Positions 36,390-51,300 of a DNA stretch of 64,000 nucleotides are shown here, piece by piece. The stretch comes from Botryllus schlosseri. Lineage: Eukaryota. The notes under the pieces are model-generated. The model was not told where the DNA came from. It did not search any database and saw only the letters and a program-made list of their open reading frames with translations. How positions within the stretch are numbered: the stretch's first letter is position 1; every line of letters starts with the position of its first letter. Location: positions 36,954,001-37,018,000 of the forward strand of contig CM119371.1 of the NCBI GenBank assembly GCA_051294905.1. Reading direction: 5' to 3'. Both the position numbers and the translations under genes were made by a program.

Positions 36390-39300
36390 TCGCTAAGAGT
36401 TAATTTATAGTTTCGAAGTAATTTCCCAACGCGTTGCGGCATACGAAGCGGGGTGCGTCATTGTATATGAGATATCTGTGAAGTCGTGGTCGAGCCGCGG
36501 CAACAGTGACAATGGATGCGCAATAGGACTGTTGAAAAATAACCTTTATTTCTGAATCTTGTTGGTTACGTGATTAAATCGATAAAACGACGTATTTTAT
36601 TCGCTGTGGCCACTCTACATGTATAATTTGTATACATTTCAACTTTCCACGCCGTTCTCATTGATAATCGAACACTCGACACGACTCGAAGCCCAATACA
36701 CATTGTCGTCTACTTATGACCCGTCGTTTCTAAAAGCTTATCGCTCTTTCAATTTAGAGTCCCAATTTCCAGCGCGGCGCTCGACGCTCAGGCTATCGCT
36801 CTCCCCCGTGGCGAGCGAGGGCCGATCATCAATGGGCTTTTGCCGCGTTGTAGTACTGGTTGGCGACGTGGCAGAACCGGGCTGCGGTCATCGCCTGACA
36901 GGTCTGAACTGCCCCTCAGACGAGCGCGGGTCAGATGGGGCTGCGGGTCTTGCTAGCTCCGCGAAACGCGGCTGTAGGAAGTAGAGGTGTTAATTTTGCA
37001 CAGCTCGATCGAGCTGCCCCGCCGTCGAAAACCGGTCGTTTACGCAGCCGTCTCGCGCGGATCCGGAGCTTGCGCGCCGGTCAGCGCGCGAACACGTTCC
37101 GCCCCGCGGACCGGTCGGCCACTTCCGGGGTCGGCGCCACGGCCCGGGTCACGACGAACACTAGCACAGAAAGCCGTGCCCCGACCGGCGTCGGCCGTCG
37201 CCGAGAGCTTCATCGTTTCGTTCGCGTCTGCTCGTTCGGCAGTCGTTGGTTATATACGTATACACTACAAAAAAAATTAGACAAATTGGTCTCAAAATTA
37301 GACAAATTTGGTCTCAAATTTAAGAAATGAGGATGATTTGGTCTCATTTTACCACCCACTCACCATAAATGCTATTTTCGACTCAGACAACCATATATAT
37401 ATTGATATGAATAGTACATGTGAGTAGTAAGTGGCATGTACCTTGATAACTATATCTAGTGAATACCTTGTAAACTTAGTACAGGATCATCTCAACACTG
37501 CAATTTCTGGTCTCTCTCATCCTTCCCCTCCTCCGCTCAGACCCCTAACACTGAAAAGGATGCCCCCGAGGCACTGCTACTATTTTCGATCAATTTCTGG
37601 CTTACTTTTGAGACATAAAGTACTTGGTAAGACTAATTGGTCTTTAAGACTTTTTTTTGTAAAAAATCGATTTGAGACATTGAGACCAAATTTGTCTTAT
37701 TTTTTTTTGTAGTGTATGTACGGGAATTCGAAACAAGCTATGAAGTTAATCGGTCACACTCTAGCCTCGGCCTACAAAGGAAGCGGCATGCACACACAAA
37801 TAAAATAAATTACATATATCCACAGTGTCCCCTTTCTAACCTACATGAATAATGCCAAATACCTCCGTTGATGTTCTACTAGATTCGACTCGACTCGATC
37901 ATTTCCTCGAAGATTCCGATCCGTTAGCTCGAAGCTAAAACCCGTCCACGAACTCCGGACCGTCAAAAATCCAGTTTCTATATGCGCAAATGAATTTATT
38001 GAATTCACGGGACTGTGATGGAAATATGCATATTGAAACTGATATTATACGAGAAAAACAAATTGTTTTTAACATAAATACCCGCTTGAACCTTTCTCTA
38101 TAGGAAATGATCATGAATTCTAGGAAAAAGGTAATGCAGAGGCGTCCAGGTCCGCTAATCTAATTGACGAACCTACGGGGCTCGTTCACTTTCGGACCAA
38201 AAATCAATTTTCTCCATAAGGACGTAGTAGAATTGGTCCTCAAGTGAACGAGCCCCGTCCCGGTCCGTATTGGGGCGCGTGTAGTCGCGTTTGTCGCGGG
38301 CGGACAGGGGTATCGGCGGTTGTTTTTGTTGTATTTCTGCGTATTCGGGTCGGATTCCGTCGCATATTTTGTTTGTGATTTTTTGCCGAGAACATATTAA
38401 AAAATTAATAAAAATGTTCGTGGTATCAGAGGATTTACTCAGATATCTACACCATCGAATGTTTACATTCGATATAGAAGCACTGTTGGAGCTCAAAAAC
38501 TACCCATGCTTTCCAAATGAAAACCTGATTTTCAGTGCTGACATAAATGTATCACCGGCCCATCTGCATCCAGAGGCCTGCCCTTCTCTTTTCAAAGCCT
38601 GAATCTGATCCTTGTTGAAAAAACCTTCCTATCCTTCTCCATCTGTTCCTTGTTATCCGAGCTTACATCCAAGTTCCAAAACGATCATAAATTGTGCAAT
38701 TCCGCTATTAATCACATTTGGGTATCTTGTTTGGTTTTCATTGTGTATTTGTATCGTCAAAATGCTACAATTAATTTCACAATGATTTCGCATTACCAGC
38801 GATTTCAACAGCGCAATTTCTTCGTCTTTCTCCCTGAATTTCTTTGCACTGTATTCCGTGGCACACAAGACCTAAACAGGTGATAAGGGCGGCGACTCTA
38901 TAAACTTTTAATCATAATAATAACGCGCAATTTCTTCATCTTTCTCCTGACACCGGCCTTGTAGCTGCAAATTGTAAGATGGGTGACTTTATATCGTATT
39001 GGGTGGTCTATGCTGTTACAGTATGTATGCGGCAAGTTTCTATTGGCCATATTGAATCTTACTAGCTCCATCTCCTGCTTCAACAGGATACAATTCTCAC
39101 AAGAAGCCTTTAGGTTGAGATTCTAAATATATCGCCATATGTAGGCCTACAATTCGTTGATGCAGCCCAGAAATGCATTTTGCTGTGGTAGTCCGGGGTG
39201 ATCTGAAATAAAAACGACCAGCAGACAACGAAAATACATAAATTCACCTTGGTTTCTATGTCCAATATACCAGTTGCGGGCGTAATCCCATAAATATCAC

Positions 39301-42300
39301 TGCCAATATGAACGAAAACTACAGCCTCACACATAGGTTCAGGCTGTTTTTGTGGTCTTTTGAGACCAAAATGGATGCCGCAACGTAACAGTGGCATGAC
39401 GCAACAATGACCTCGCACTTCTTGCCCTTCTACATTCTTTGGGCGTAACCATACCGTATACTTTTTCGCTCTTCATTTTCGCCTTTGGTGGGAGGGATTC
39501 GAGCCCCGGCGCGGCGTGGCGGCGAGGCAAGCACAGTGCTTATACCCATTAGGCCACGACGCCCTCGAGAGCGGGAGACGATACGCGGCAATTCGAATTC
39601 GCACGCTCGCGTCATCCGCTGGAGGTCTCTCGCATAATCCCGCGGTTCCCGCCGTCCGCGAGCGGGCTCGTAGTTTGGGGCCGGGCGAACACAATGGCAC
39701 GGGCACTCAAAAATGAACAGAGTAACAATTTAAAGATTCTAATCGTGTAGTGATACATGATTTCTTAGCGTACTGAAATTAGACGATCCTGTCGAAGTTA
39801 CATTATGGCATCCTCTGTTGGGGGGCTGCCAGTAAAACTGCACTCAAGCCACTGCAGAAACTACAGCATAAAGTGCTCCGAATCATAGCTAGGGCCCCAA
39901 AGGGGCCTGGCTGCCCATCCAATAAGTCGCTGCTGAAGAGATTCGGCGTCCTAAACATAGAAGATATGCGGAAACTAGAAATCGCCAAGTTTATGTATCA
40001 GTTTCACTGCGGTCGTTGCCCCGAATATTTCAATGACTTCTTTACCTCTGAATCAAAAGCGCGCACAAGTACAACACACGCGCGTCCACGTCGTCCAAAT
40101 ATCATATGATCGACCGAAAAGATCATCGCTCCATCAGATATGCCGGACCTGATGTGTGGAATAGTATCCCGCCGGCCATCCGACAGTCGACGAGCATGTC
40201 CACATTCAAGTCGAAATACAAGCAATTACTACTAAATAAATACAGTCCGTCCTCAAGATTACCGGACCACGACTGACCTATCGATCTCGCTTCCCATGAC
40301 ATGCCGCCCTATTTCTTGTCGCTTTCTTTTTCTATACTGTATTCTTTACTTTCATTCAGTGTGCATGCCTCCTCTTTACTACGCCTAGGCCAAGGTGGGT
40401 GTCCGATTCCATTGACAAATCCAAGTCGCTTCGACATCTTCCTGTCTATTCATTGTATCGCATTTTTTGTGGTGTATTGAACTGATAAAATTGCTAATAA
40501 ACCAATGATGATGTCGCTAAGAGTTAATTTATAGTTTCGAAGTAATTTCCCAACGCGTTGCGGCATACGAAGCGGGGTGCGTCATTGTATATGAGATATC
40601 TGTGAAGTCGTGGTCGAGCCGCGGCAACAGTGACAATGGATGCGCAATAGGACTGTTGAAAAATAACCTTTATTTCTGAATCTTGTTGGTTACGTGATTA
40701 AATCGATAAAACGACGTATTTTATTCGCTGTGGCCACTCTACATGTATAATTTGTATACATTTCAACTTTCCACGCCGTTCTCATTGATAATCGAACACT
40801 CGACACGACTCGAAGCCCAATACACATTGTCGTCTACTTATGACCCGTCGTTTCTAAAAGCTTATCGCTCTTTCAATTTAGAGTCCCAATTTCCAGCGCG
40901 GCGCTCGACGCTCAGGCTATCGCTCTCCCCCGTGGCGAGCGAGGGCCGATCATCAATGGGCTTTTGCCGCGTTGTAGTACTGGTTGGCGACGTGGCAGAA
41001 CCGGGCTGCGGTCATCGCCTGACAGGTCTGAACTGCCCCTCAGACGAGCGCGGGTCAGATGGGGCTGCGGGTCTTGCTAGCTCCGCGAAACGCGGCTGTA
41101 GGAAGTAGAGGTGTTAATTTTGCACAGCTCGATCGAGCTGCCCCGCCGTCGAAAACCGGTCGTTTACGCAGCCGTCTCGCGCGGATCCGGAGCTTGCGCG
41201 CCGGTCAGCGCGCGAACACGTTCCGCCCCGCGGACCGGTCGGCCACTTCCGGGGTCGGCGCCACGGCCCGGGTCACGACGAACACTAGCACAGAAAGCCG
41301 TGCCCCGACCGGCGTCGGCCGTCGCCGAGAGCTTCATCGTTTCGTTCGCGTCTGCTCGTTCGGCAGTCGTTGGTTATATACGTATACACTACAAAAAAAA
41401 TTAGACAAATTGGTCTCAAAATTAGACAAATTTGGTCTCAAATTTAAGAAATGAGGATGATTTGGTCTCATTTTACCACCCACTCACCATAAATGCTATT
41501 TTCGACTCAGACAACCATATATATATTGATATGAATAGTACATGTGAGTAGTAAGTGGCATGTACCTTGATAACTATATCTAGTGAATACCTTGTAAACT
41601 TAGTACAGGATCATCTCAACACTGCAATTTCTGGTCTCTCTCATCCTTCCCCTCCTCCGCTCAGACCCCTAACACTGAAAAGGATGCCCCCGAGGCACTG
41701 CTACTATTTTCGATCAATTTCTGGCTTACTTTTGAGACATAAAGTACTTGGTAAGACTAATTGGTCTTTAAGACTTTTTTTTGTAAAAAATCGATTTGAG
41801 ACATTGAGACCAAATTTGTCTTATTTTTTTTTGTAGTGTATGTACGGGAATTCGAAACAAGCTATGAAGTTAATCGGTCACACTCTAGCCTCGGCCTACA
41901 AAGGAAGCGGCATGCACACACAAATAAAATAAATTACATATATCCACAGTGTCCCCTTTCTAACCTACATGAATAATGCCAAATACCTCCGTTGATGTTC
42001 TACTAGATTCGACTCGACTCGATCATTTCCTCGAAGATTCCGATCCGTTAGCTCGAAGCTAAAACCCGTCCACGAACTCCGGACCGTCAAAAATCCAGTT
42101 TCTATATGCGCAAATGAATTTATTGAATTCACGGGACTGTGATGGAAATATGCATATTGAAACTGATATTATACGAGAAAAACAAATTGTTTTTAACATA
42201 AATACCCGCTTGAACCTTTCTCTATAGGAAATGATCATGAATTCTAGGAAAAAGGTAATGCAGAGGCGTCCAGGTCCGCTAATCTAATTGACGAACCTAC

Positions 42301-45300
42301 GGGGCTCGTTCACTTTCGGACCAAAAATCAATTTTCTCCATAAGGACGTAGTAGAATTGGTCCTCAAGTGAACGAGCCCCGTCCCGGTCCGTATTGGGGC
42401 GCGTGTAGTCGCGTTTGTCGCGGGCGGACAGGGGTATCGGCGGTTGTTTTTGTTGTATTTCTGCGTATTCGGGTCGGATTCCGTCGCATATTTTGTTTGT
42501 GATTTTTTGCCGAGAACATATTAAAAAATTAATAAAAATGTTCGTGGTATCAGAGGATTTACTCAGATATCTACACCATCGAATGTTTACATTCGATATA
42601 GAAGCACTGTTGGAGCTCAAAAACTACCCATGCTTTCCAAATGAAAACCTGATTTTCAGTGCTGACATAAATGTATCACCGGCCCATCTGCATCCAGAGG
42701 CCTGCCCTTCTCTTTTCAAAGCCTGAATCTGATCCTTGTTGAAAAAACCTTCCTATCCTTCTCCATCTGTTCCTTGTTATCCGAGCTTACATCCAAGTTC
42801 CAAAACGATCATAAATTGTGCAATTCCGCTATTAATCACATTTGGGTATCTTGTTTGGTTTTCATTGTGTATTTGTATCGTCAAAATGCTACAATTAATT
42901 TCACAATGATTTCGCATTACCAGCGATTTCAACAGCGCAATTTCTTCGTCTTTCTCCCTGAATTTCTTTGCACTGTATTCCGTGGCACACAAGACCTAAA
43001 CAGGTGATAAGGGCGGCGACTCTATAAACTTTTAATCATAATAATAACGCGCAATTTCTTCATCTTTCTCCTGACACCGGCCTTGTAGCTGCAAATTGTA
43101 AGATGGGTGACTTTATATCGTATTGGGTGGTCTATGCTGTTACAGTATGTATGCGGCAAGTTTCTATTGGCCATATTGAATCTTACTAGCTCCATCTCCT
43201 GCTTCAACAGGATACAATTCTCACAAGAAGCCTTTAGGTTGAGATTCTAAATATATCGCCATATGTAGGCCTACAATTCGTTGATGCAGCCCAGAAATGC
43301 ATTTTGCTGTGGTAGTCCGGGGTGATCTGAAATAAAAACGACCAGCAGACAACGAAAATACATAAATTCACCTTGGTTTCTATGTCCAATATACCAGTTG
43401 CGGGCGTAATCCCATAAATATCACTGCCAATATGAACGAAAACTACAGCCTCACACATAGGTTCAGGCTGTTTTTGTGGTCTTTTGAGACCAAAATGGAT
43501 GCCGCAACGTAACAGTGGCATGACGCAACAATGACCTCGCACTTCTTGCCCTTCTACATTCTTTGGGCGTAACCATACCGTATACTTTTTCGCTCTTCAT
43601 TTTCGCCTTTGGTGGGAGGGATTCGAGCCCCGGCGCGGCGTGGCGGCGAGGCAAGCACAGTGCTTATACCCATTAGGCCACGACGCCCTCGAGAGCGGGA
43701 GACGATACGCGGCAATTCGAATTCGCACGCTCGCGTCATCCGCTGGAGGTCTCTCGCATAATCCCGCGGTTCCCGCCGTCCGCGAGCGGGCTCGTAGTTT
43801 GGGGCCGGGCGAACACAATGGCACGGGCACTCAAAAATGAACAGAGTAACAATTTAAAGATTCTAATCGTGTAGTGATACATGATTTCTTAGCGTACTGA
43901 AATTAGACGATCCTGTCGAAGTTACATTATGGCATCCTCTGTTGGGGGGCTGCCAGTAAAACTGCACTCAAGCCACTGCAGAAACTACAGCATAAAGTGC
44001 TCCGAATCATAGCTAGGGCCCCAAAGGGGCCTGGCTGCCCATCCAATAAGTCGCTGCTGAAGAGATTCGGCGTCCTAAACATAGAAGATATGCGGAAACT
44101 AGAAATCGCCAAGTTTATGTATCAGTTTCACTGCGGTCGTTGCCCCGAATATTTCAATGACTTCTTTACCTCTGAATCAAAAGCGCGCACAAGTACAACA
44201 CACGCGCGTCCACGTCGTCCAAATATCATATGATCGACCGAAAAGATCATCGCTCCATCAGATATGCCGGACCTGATGTGTGGAATAGTATCCCGCCGGC
44301 CATCCGACAGTCGACGAGCATGTCCACATTCAAGTCGAAATACAAGCAATTACTACTAAATAAATACAGTCCGTCCTCAAGATTACCGGACCACGACTGA
44401 CCTATCGATCTCGCTTCCCATGACATGCCGCCCTATTTCTTGTCGCTTTCTTTTTCTATACTGTATTCTTTACTTTCATTCAGTGTGCATGCCTCCTCTT
44501 TACTACGCCTAGGCCAAGGTGGGTGTCCGATTCCATTGACAAATCCAAGTCGCTTCGACATCTTCCTGTCTATTCATTGTATCGCATTTTTTGTGGTGTA
44601 TTGAACTGATAAAATTGCTAATAAACCAATGATGATGTCGCTAAGAGTTAATTTATAGTTTCGAAGTAATTTCCCAACGCGTTGCGGCATACGAAGCGGG
44701 GTGCGTCATTGTATATGAGATATCTGTGAAGTCGTGGTCGAGCCGCGGCAACAGTGACAATGGATGCGCAATAGGACTGTTGAAAAATAACCTTTATTTC
44801 TGAATCTTGTTGGTTACGTGATTAAATCGATAAAACGACGTATTTTATTCGCTGTGGCCACTCTACATGTATAATTTGTATACATTTCAACTTTCCACGC
44901 CGTTCTCATTGATAATCGAACACTCGACACGACTCGAAGCCCAATACACATTGTCGTCTACTTATGACCCGTCGTTTCTAAAAGCTTATCGCTCTTTCAA
45001 TTTAGAGTCCCAATTTCCAGCGCGGCGCTCGACGCTCAGGCTATCGCTCTCCCCCGTGGCGAGCGAGGGCCGATCATCAATGGGCTTTTGCCGCGTTGTA
45101 GTACTGGTTGGCGACGTGGCAGAACCGGGCTGCGGTCATCGCCTGACAGGTCTGAACTGCCCCTCAGACGAGCGCGGGTCAGATGGGGCTGCGGGTCTTG
45201 CTAGCTCCGCGAAACGCGGCTGTAGGAAGTAGAGGTGTTAATTTTGCACAGCTCGATCGAGCTGCCCCGCCGTCGAAAACCGGTCGTTTACGCAGCCGTC

Positions 45301-48300
45301 TCGCGCGGATCCGGAGCTTGCGCGCCGGTCAGCGCGCGAACACGTTCCGCCCCGCGGACCGGTCGGCCACTTCCGGGGTCGGCGCCACGGCCCGGGTCAC
45401 GACGAACACTAGCACAGAAAGCCGTGCCCCGACCGGCGTCGGCCGTCGCCGAGAGCTTCATCGTTTCGTTCGCGTCTGCTCGTTCGGCAGTCGTTGGTTA
45501 TATACGTATACACTACAAAAAAAATTAGACAAATTGGTCTCAAAATTAGACAAATTTGGTCTCAAATTTAAGAAATGAGGATGATTTGGTCTCATTTTAC
45601 CACCCACTCACCATAAATGCTATTTTCGACTCAGACAACCATATATATATTGATATGAATAGTACATGTGAGTAGTAAGTGGCATGTACCTTGATAACTA
45701 TATCTAGTGAATACCTTGTAAACTTAGTACAGGATCATCTCAACACTGCAATTTCTGGTCTCTCTCATCCTTCCCCTCCTCCGCTCAGACCCCTAACACT
45801 GAAAAGGATGCCCCCGAGGCACTGCTACTATTTTCGATCAATTTCTGGCTTACTTTTGAGACATAAAGTACTTGGTAAGACTAATTGGTCTTTAAGACTT
45901 TTTTTTGTAAAAAATCGATTTGAGACATTGAGACCAAATTTGTCTTATTTTTTTTTGTAGTGTATGTACGGGAATTCGAAACAAGCTATGAAGTTAATCG
46001 GTCACACTCTAGCCTCGGCCTACAAAGGAAGCGGCATGCACACACAAATAAAATAAATTACATATATCCACAGTGTCCCCTTTCTAACCTACATGAATAA
46101 TGCCAAATACCTCCGTTGATGTTCTACTAGATTCGACTCGACTCGATCATTTCCTCGAAGATTCCGATCCGTTAGCTCGAAGCTAAAACCCGTCCACGAA
46201 CTCCGGACCGTCAAAAATCCAGTTTCTATATGCGCAAATGAATTTATTGAATTCACGGGACTGTGATGGAAATATGCATATTGAAACTGATATTATACGA
46301 GAAAAACAAATTGTTTTTAACATAAATACCCGCTTGAACCTTTCTCTATAGGAAATGATCATGAATTCTAGGAAAAAGGTAATGCAGAGGCGTCCAGGTC
46401 CGCTAATCTAATTGACGAACCTACGGGGCTCGTTCACTTTCGGACCAAAAATCAATTTTCTCCATAAGGACGTAGTAGAATTGGTCCTCAAGTGAACGAG
46501 CCCCGTCCCGGTCCGTATTGGGGCGCGTGTAGTCGCGTTTGTCGCGGGCGGACAGGGGTATCGGCGGTTGTTTTTGTTGTATTTCTGCGTATTCGGGTCG
46601 GATTCCGTCGCATATTTTGTTTGTGATTTTTTGCCGAGAACATATTAAAAAATTAATAAAAATGTTCGTGGTATCAGAGGATTTACTCAGATATCTACAC
46701 CATCGAATGTTTACATTCGATATAGAAGCACTGTTGGAGCTCAAAAACTACCCATGCTTTCCAAATGAAAACCTGATTTTCAGTGCTGACATAAATGTAT
46801 CACCGGCCCATCTGCATCCAGAGGCCTGCCCTTCTCTTTTCAAAGCCTGAATCTGATCCTTGTTGAAAAAACCTTCCTATCCTTCTCCATCTGTTCCTTG
46901 TTATCCGAGCTTACATCCAAGTTCCAAAACGATCATAAATTGTGCAATTCCGCTATTAATCACATTTGGGTATCTTGTTTGGTTTTCATTGTGTATTTGT
47001 ATCGTCAAAATGCTACAATTAATTTCACAATGATTTCGCATTACCAGCGATTTCAACAGCGCAATTTCTTCGTCTTTCTCCCTGAATTTCTTTGCACTGT
47101 ATTCCGTGGCACACAAGACCTAAACAGGTGATAAGGGCGGCGACTCTATAAACTTTTAATCATAATAATAACGCGCAATTTCTTCATCTTTCTCCTGACA
47201 CCGGCCTTGTAGCTGCAAATTGTAAGATGGGTGACTTTATATCGTATTGGGTGGTCTATGCTGTTACAGTATGTATGCGGCAAGTTTCTATTGGCCATAT
47301 TGAATCTTACTAGCTCCATCTCCTGCTTCAACAGGATACAATTCTCACAAGAAGCCTTTAGGTTGAGATTCTAAATATATCGCCATATGTAGGCCTACAA
47401 TTCGTTGATGCAGCCCAGAAATGCATTTTGCTGTGGTAGTCCGGGGTGATCTGAAATAAAAACGACCAGCAGACAACGAAAATACATAAATTCACCTTGG
47501 TTTCTATGTCCAATATACCAGTTGCGGGCGTAATCCCATAAATATCACTGCCAATATGAACGAAAACTACAGCCTCACACATAGGTTCAGGCTGTTTTTG
47601 TGGTCTTTTGAGACCAAAATGGATGCCGCAACGTAACAGTGGCATGACGCAACAATGACCTCGCACTTCTTGCCCTTCTACATTCTTTGGGCGTAACCAT
47701 ACCGTATACTTTTTCGCTCTTCATTTTCGCCTTTGGTGGGAGGGATTCGAGCCCCGGCGCGGCGTGGCGGCGAGGCAAGCACAGTGCTTATACCCATTAG
47801 GCCACGACGCCCTCGAGAGCGGGAGACGATACGCGGCAATTCGAATTCGCACGCTCGCGTCATCCGCTGGAGGTCTCTCGCATAATCCCGCGGTTCCCGC
47901 CGTCCGCGAGCGGGCTCGTAGTTTGGGGCCGGGCGAACACAATGGCACGGGCACTCAAAAATGAACAGAGTAACAATTTAAAGATTCTAATCGTGTAGTG
48001 ATACATGATTTCTTAGCGTACTGAAATTAGACGATCCTGTCGAAGTTACATTATGGCATCCTCTGTTGGGGGGCTGCCAGTAAAACTGCACTCAAGCCAC
48101 TGCAGAAACTACAGCATAAAGTGCTCCGAATCATAGCTAGGGCCCCAAAGGGGCCTGGCTGCCCATCCAATAAGTCGCTGCTGAAGAGATTCGGCGTCCT
48201 AAACATAGAAGATATGCGGAAACTAGAAATCGCCAAGTTTATGTATCAGTTTCACTGCGGTCGTTGCCCCGAATATTTCAATGACTTCTTTACCTCTGAA

Positions 48301-51300
48301 TCAAAAGCGCGCACAAGTACAACACACGCGCGTCCACGTCGTCCAAATATCATATGATCGACCGAAAAGATCATCGCTCCATCAGATATGCCGGACCTGA
48401 TGTGTGGAATAGTATCCCGCCGGCCATCCGACAGTCGACGAGCATGTCCACATTCAAGTCGAAATACAAGCAATTACTACTAAATAAATACAGTCCGTCC
48501 TCAAGATTACCGGACCACGACTGACCTATCGATCTCGCTTCCCATGACATGCCGCCCTATTTCTTGTCGCTTTCTTTTTCTATACTGTATTCTTTACTTT
48601 CATTCAGTGTGCATGCCTCCTCTTTACTACGCCTAGGCCAAGGTGGGTGTCCGATTCCATTGACAAATCCAAGTCGCTTCGACATCTTCCTGTCTATTCA
48701 TTGTATCGCATTTTTTGTGGTGTATTGAACTGATAAAATTGCTAATAAACCAATGATGATGTCGCTAAGAGTTAATTTATAGTTTCGAAGTAATTTCCCA
48801 ACGCGTTGCGGCATACGAAGCGGGGTGCGTCATTGTATATGAGATATCTGTGAAGTCGTGGTCGAGCCGCGGCAACAGTGACAATGGATGCGCAATAGGA
48901 CTGTTGAAAAATAACCTTTATTTCTGAATCTTGTTGGTTACGTGATTAAATCGATAAAACGACGTATTTTATTCGCTGTGGCCACTCTACATGTATAATT
49001 TGTATACATTTCAACTTTCCACGCCGTTCTCATTGATAATCGAACACTCGACACGACTCGAAGCCCAATACACATTGTCGTCTACTTATGACCCGTCGTT
49101 TCTAAAAGCTTATCGCTCTTTCAATTTAGAGTCCCAATTTCCAGCGCGGCGCTCGACGCTCAGGCTATCGCTCTCCCCCGTGGCGAGCGAGGGCCGATCA
49201 TCAATGGGCTTTTGCCGCGTTGTAGTACTGGTTGGCGACGTGGCAGAACCGGGCTGCGGTCATCGCCTGACAGGTCTGAACTGCCCCTCAGACGAGCGCG
49301 GGTCAGATGGGGCTGCGGGTCTTGCTAGCTCCGCGAAACGCGGCTGTAGGAAGTAGAGGTGTTAATTTTGCACAGCTCGATCGAGCTGCCCCGCCGTCGA
49401 AAACCGGTCGTTTACGCAGCCGTCTCGCGCGGATCCGGAGCTTGCGCGCCGGTCAGCGCGCGAACACGTTCCGCCCCGCGGACCGGTCGGCCACTTCCGG
49501 GGTCGGCGCCACGGCCCGGGTCACGACGAACACTAGCACAGAAAGCCGTGCCCCGACCGGCGTCGGCCGTCGCCGAGAGCTTCATCGTTTCGTTCGCGTC
49601 TGCTCGTTCGGCAGTCGTTGGTTATATACGTATACACTACAAAAAAAATTAGACAAATTGGTCTCAAAATTAGACAAATTTGGTCTCAAATTTAAGAAAT
49701 GAGGATGATTTGGTCTCATTTTACCACCCACTCACCATAAATGCTATTTTCGACTCAGACAACCATATATATATTGATATGAATAGTACATGTGAGTAGT
49801 AAGTGGCATGTACCTTGATAACTATATCTAGTGAATACCTTGTAAACTTAGTACAGGATCATCTCAACACTGCAATTTCTGGTCTCTCTCATCCTTCCCC
49901 TCCTCCGCTCAGACCCCTAACACTGAAAAGGATGCCCCCGAGGCACTGCTACTATTTTCGATCAATTTCTGGCTTACTTTTGAGACATAAAGTACTTGGT
50001 AAGACTAATTGGTCTTTAAGACTTTTTTTTGTAAAAAATCGATTTGAGACATTGAGACCAAATTTGTCTTATTTTTTTTTGTAGTGTATGTACGGGAATT
50101 CGAAACAAGCTATGAAGTTAATCGGTCACACTCTAGCCTCGGCCTACAAAGGAAGCGGCATGCACACACAAATAAAATAAATTACATATATCCACAGTGT
50201 CCCCTTTCTAACCTACATGAATAATGCCAAATACCTCCGTTGATGTTCTACTAGATTCGACTCGACTCGATCATTTCCTCGAAGATTCCGATCCGTTAGC
50301 TCGAAGCTAAAACCCGTCCACGAACTCCGGACCGTCAAAAATCCAGTTTCTATATGCGCAAATGAATTTATTGAATTCACGGGACTGTGATGGAAATATG
50401 CATATTGAAACTGATATTATACGAGAAAAACAAATTGTTTTTAACATAAATACCCGCTTGAACCTTTCTCTATAGGAAATGATCATGAATTCTAGGAAAA
50501 AGGTAATGCAGAGGCGTCCAGGTCCGCTAATCTAATTGACGAACCTACGGGGCTCGTTCACTTTCGGACCAAAAATCAATTTTCTCCATAAGGACGTAGT
50601 AGAATTGGTCCTCAAGTGAACGAGCCCCGTCCCGGTCCGTATTGGGGCGCGTGTAGTCGCGTTTGTCGCGGGCGGACAGGGGTATCGGCGGTTGTTTTTG
50701 TTGTATTTCTGCGTATTCGGGTCGGATTCCGTCGCATATTTTGTTTGTGATTTTTTGCCGAGAACATATTAAAAAATTAATAAAAATGTTCGTGGTATCA
50801 GAGGATTTACTCAGATATCTACACCATCGAATGTTTACATTCGATATAGAAGCACTGTTGGAGCTCAAAAACTACCCATGCTTTCCAAATGAAAACCTGA
50901 TTTTCAGTGCTGACATAAATGTATCACCGGCCCATCTGCATCCAGAGGCCTGCCCTTCTCTTTTCAAAGCCTGAATCTGATCCTTGTTGAAAAAACCTTC
51001 CTATCCTTCTCCATCTGTTCCTTGTTATCCGAGCTTACATCCAAGTTCCAAAACGATCATAAATTGTGCAATTCCGCTATTAATCACATTTGGGTATCTT
51101 GTTTGGTTTTCATTGTGTATTTGTATCGTCAAAATGCTACAATTAATTTCACAATGATTTCGCATTACCAGCGATTTCAACAGCGCAATTTCTTCGTCTT
51201 TCTCCCTGAATTTCTTTGCACTGTATTCCGTGGCACACAAGACCTAAACAGGTGATAAGGGCGGCGACTCTATAAACTTTTAATCATAATAATAACGCGC

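Noticed and set aside
36785..36845. U3 snoRNA on the minus strand (CCATTGATGATCG ... CTGAG)
   Set aside because: Boxes A, B and C' are not found at the proper spacing, and G-U pairs favour the plus strand.
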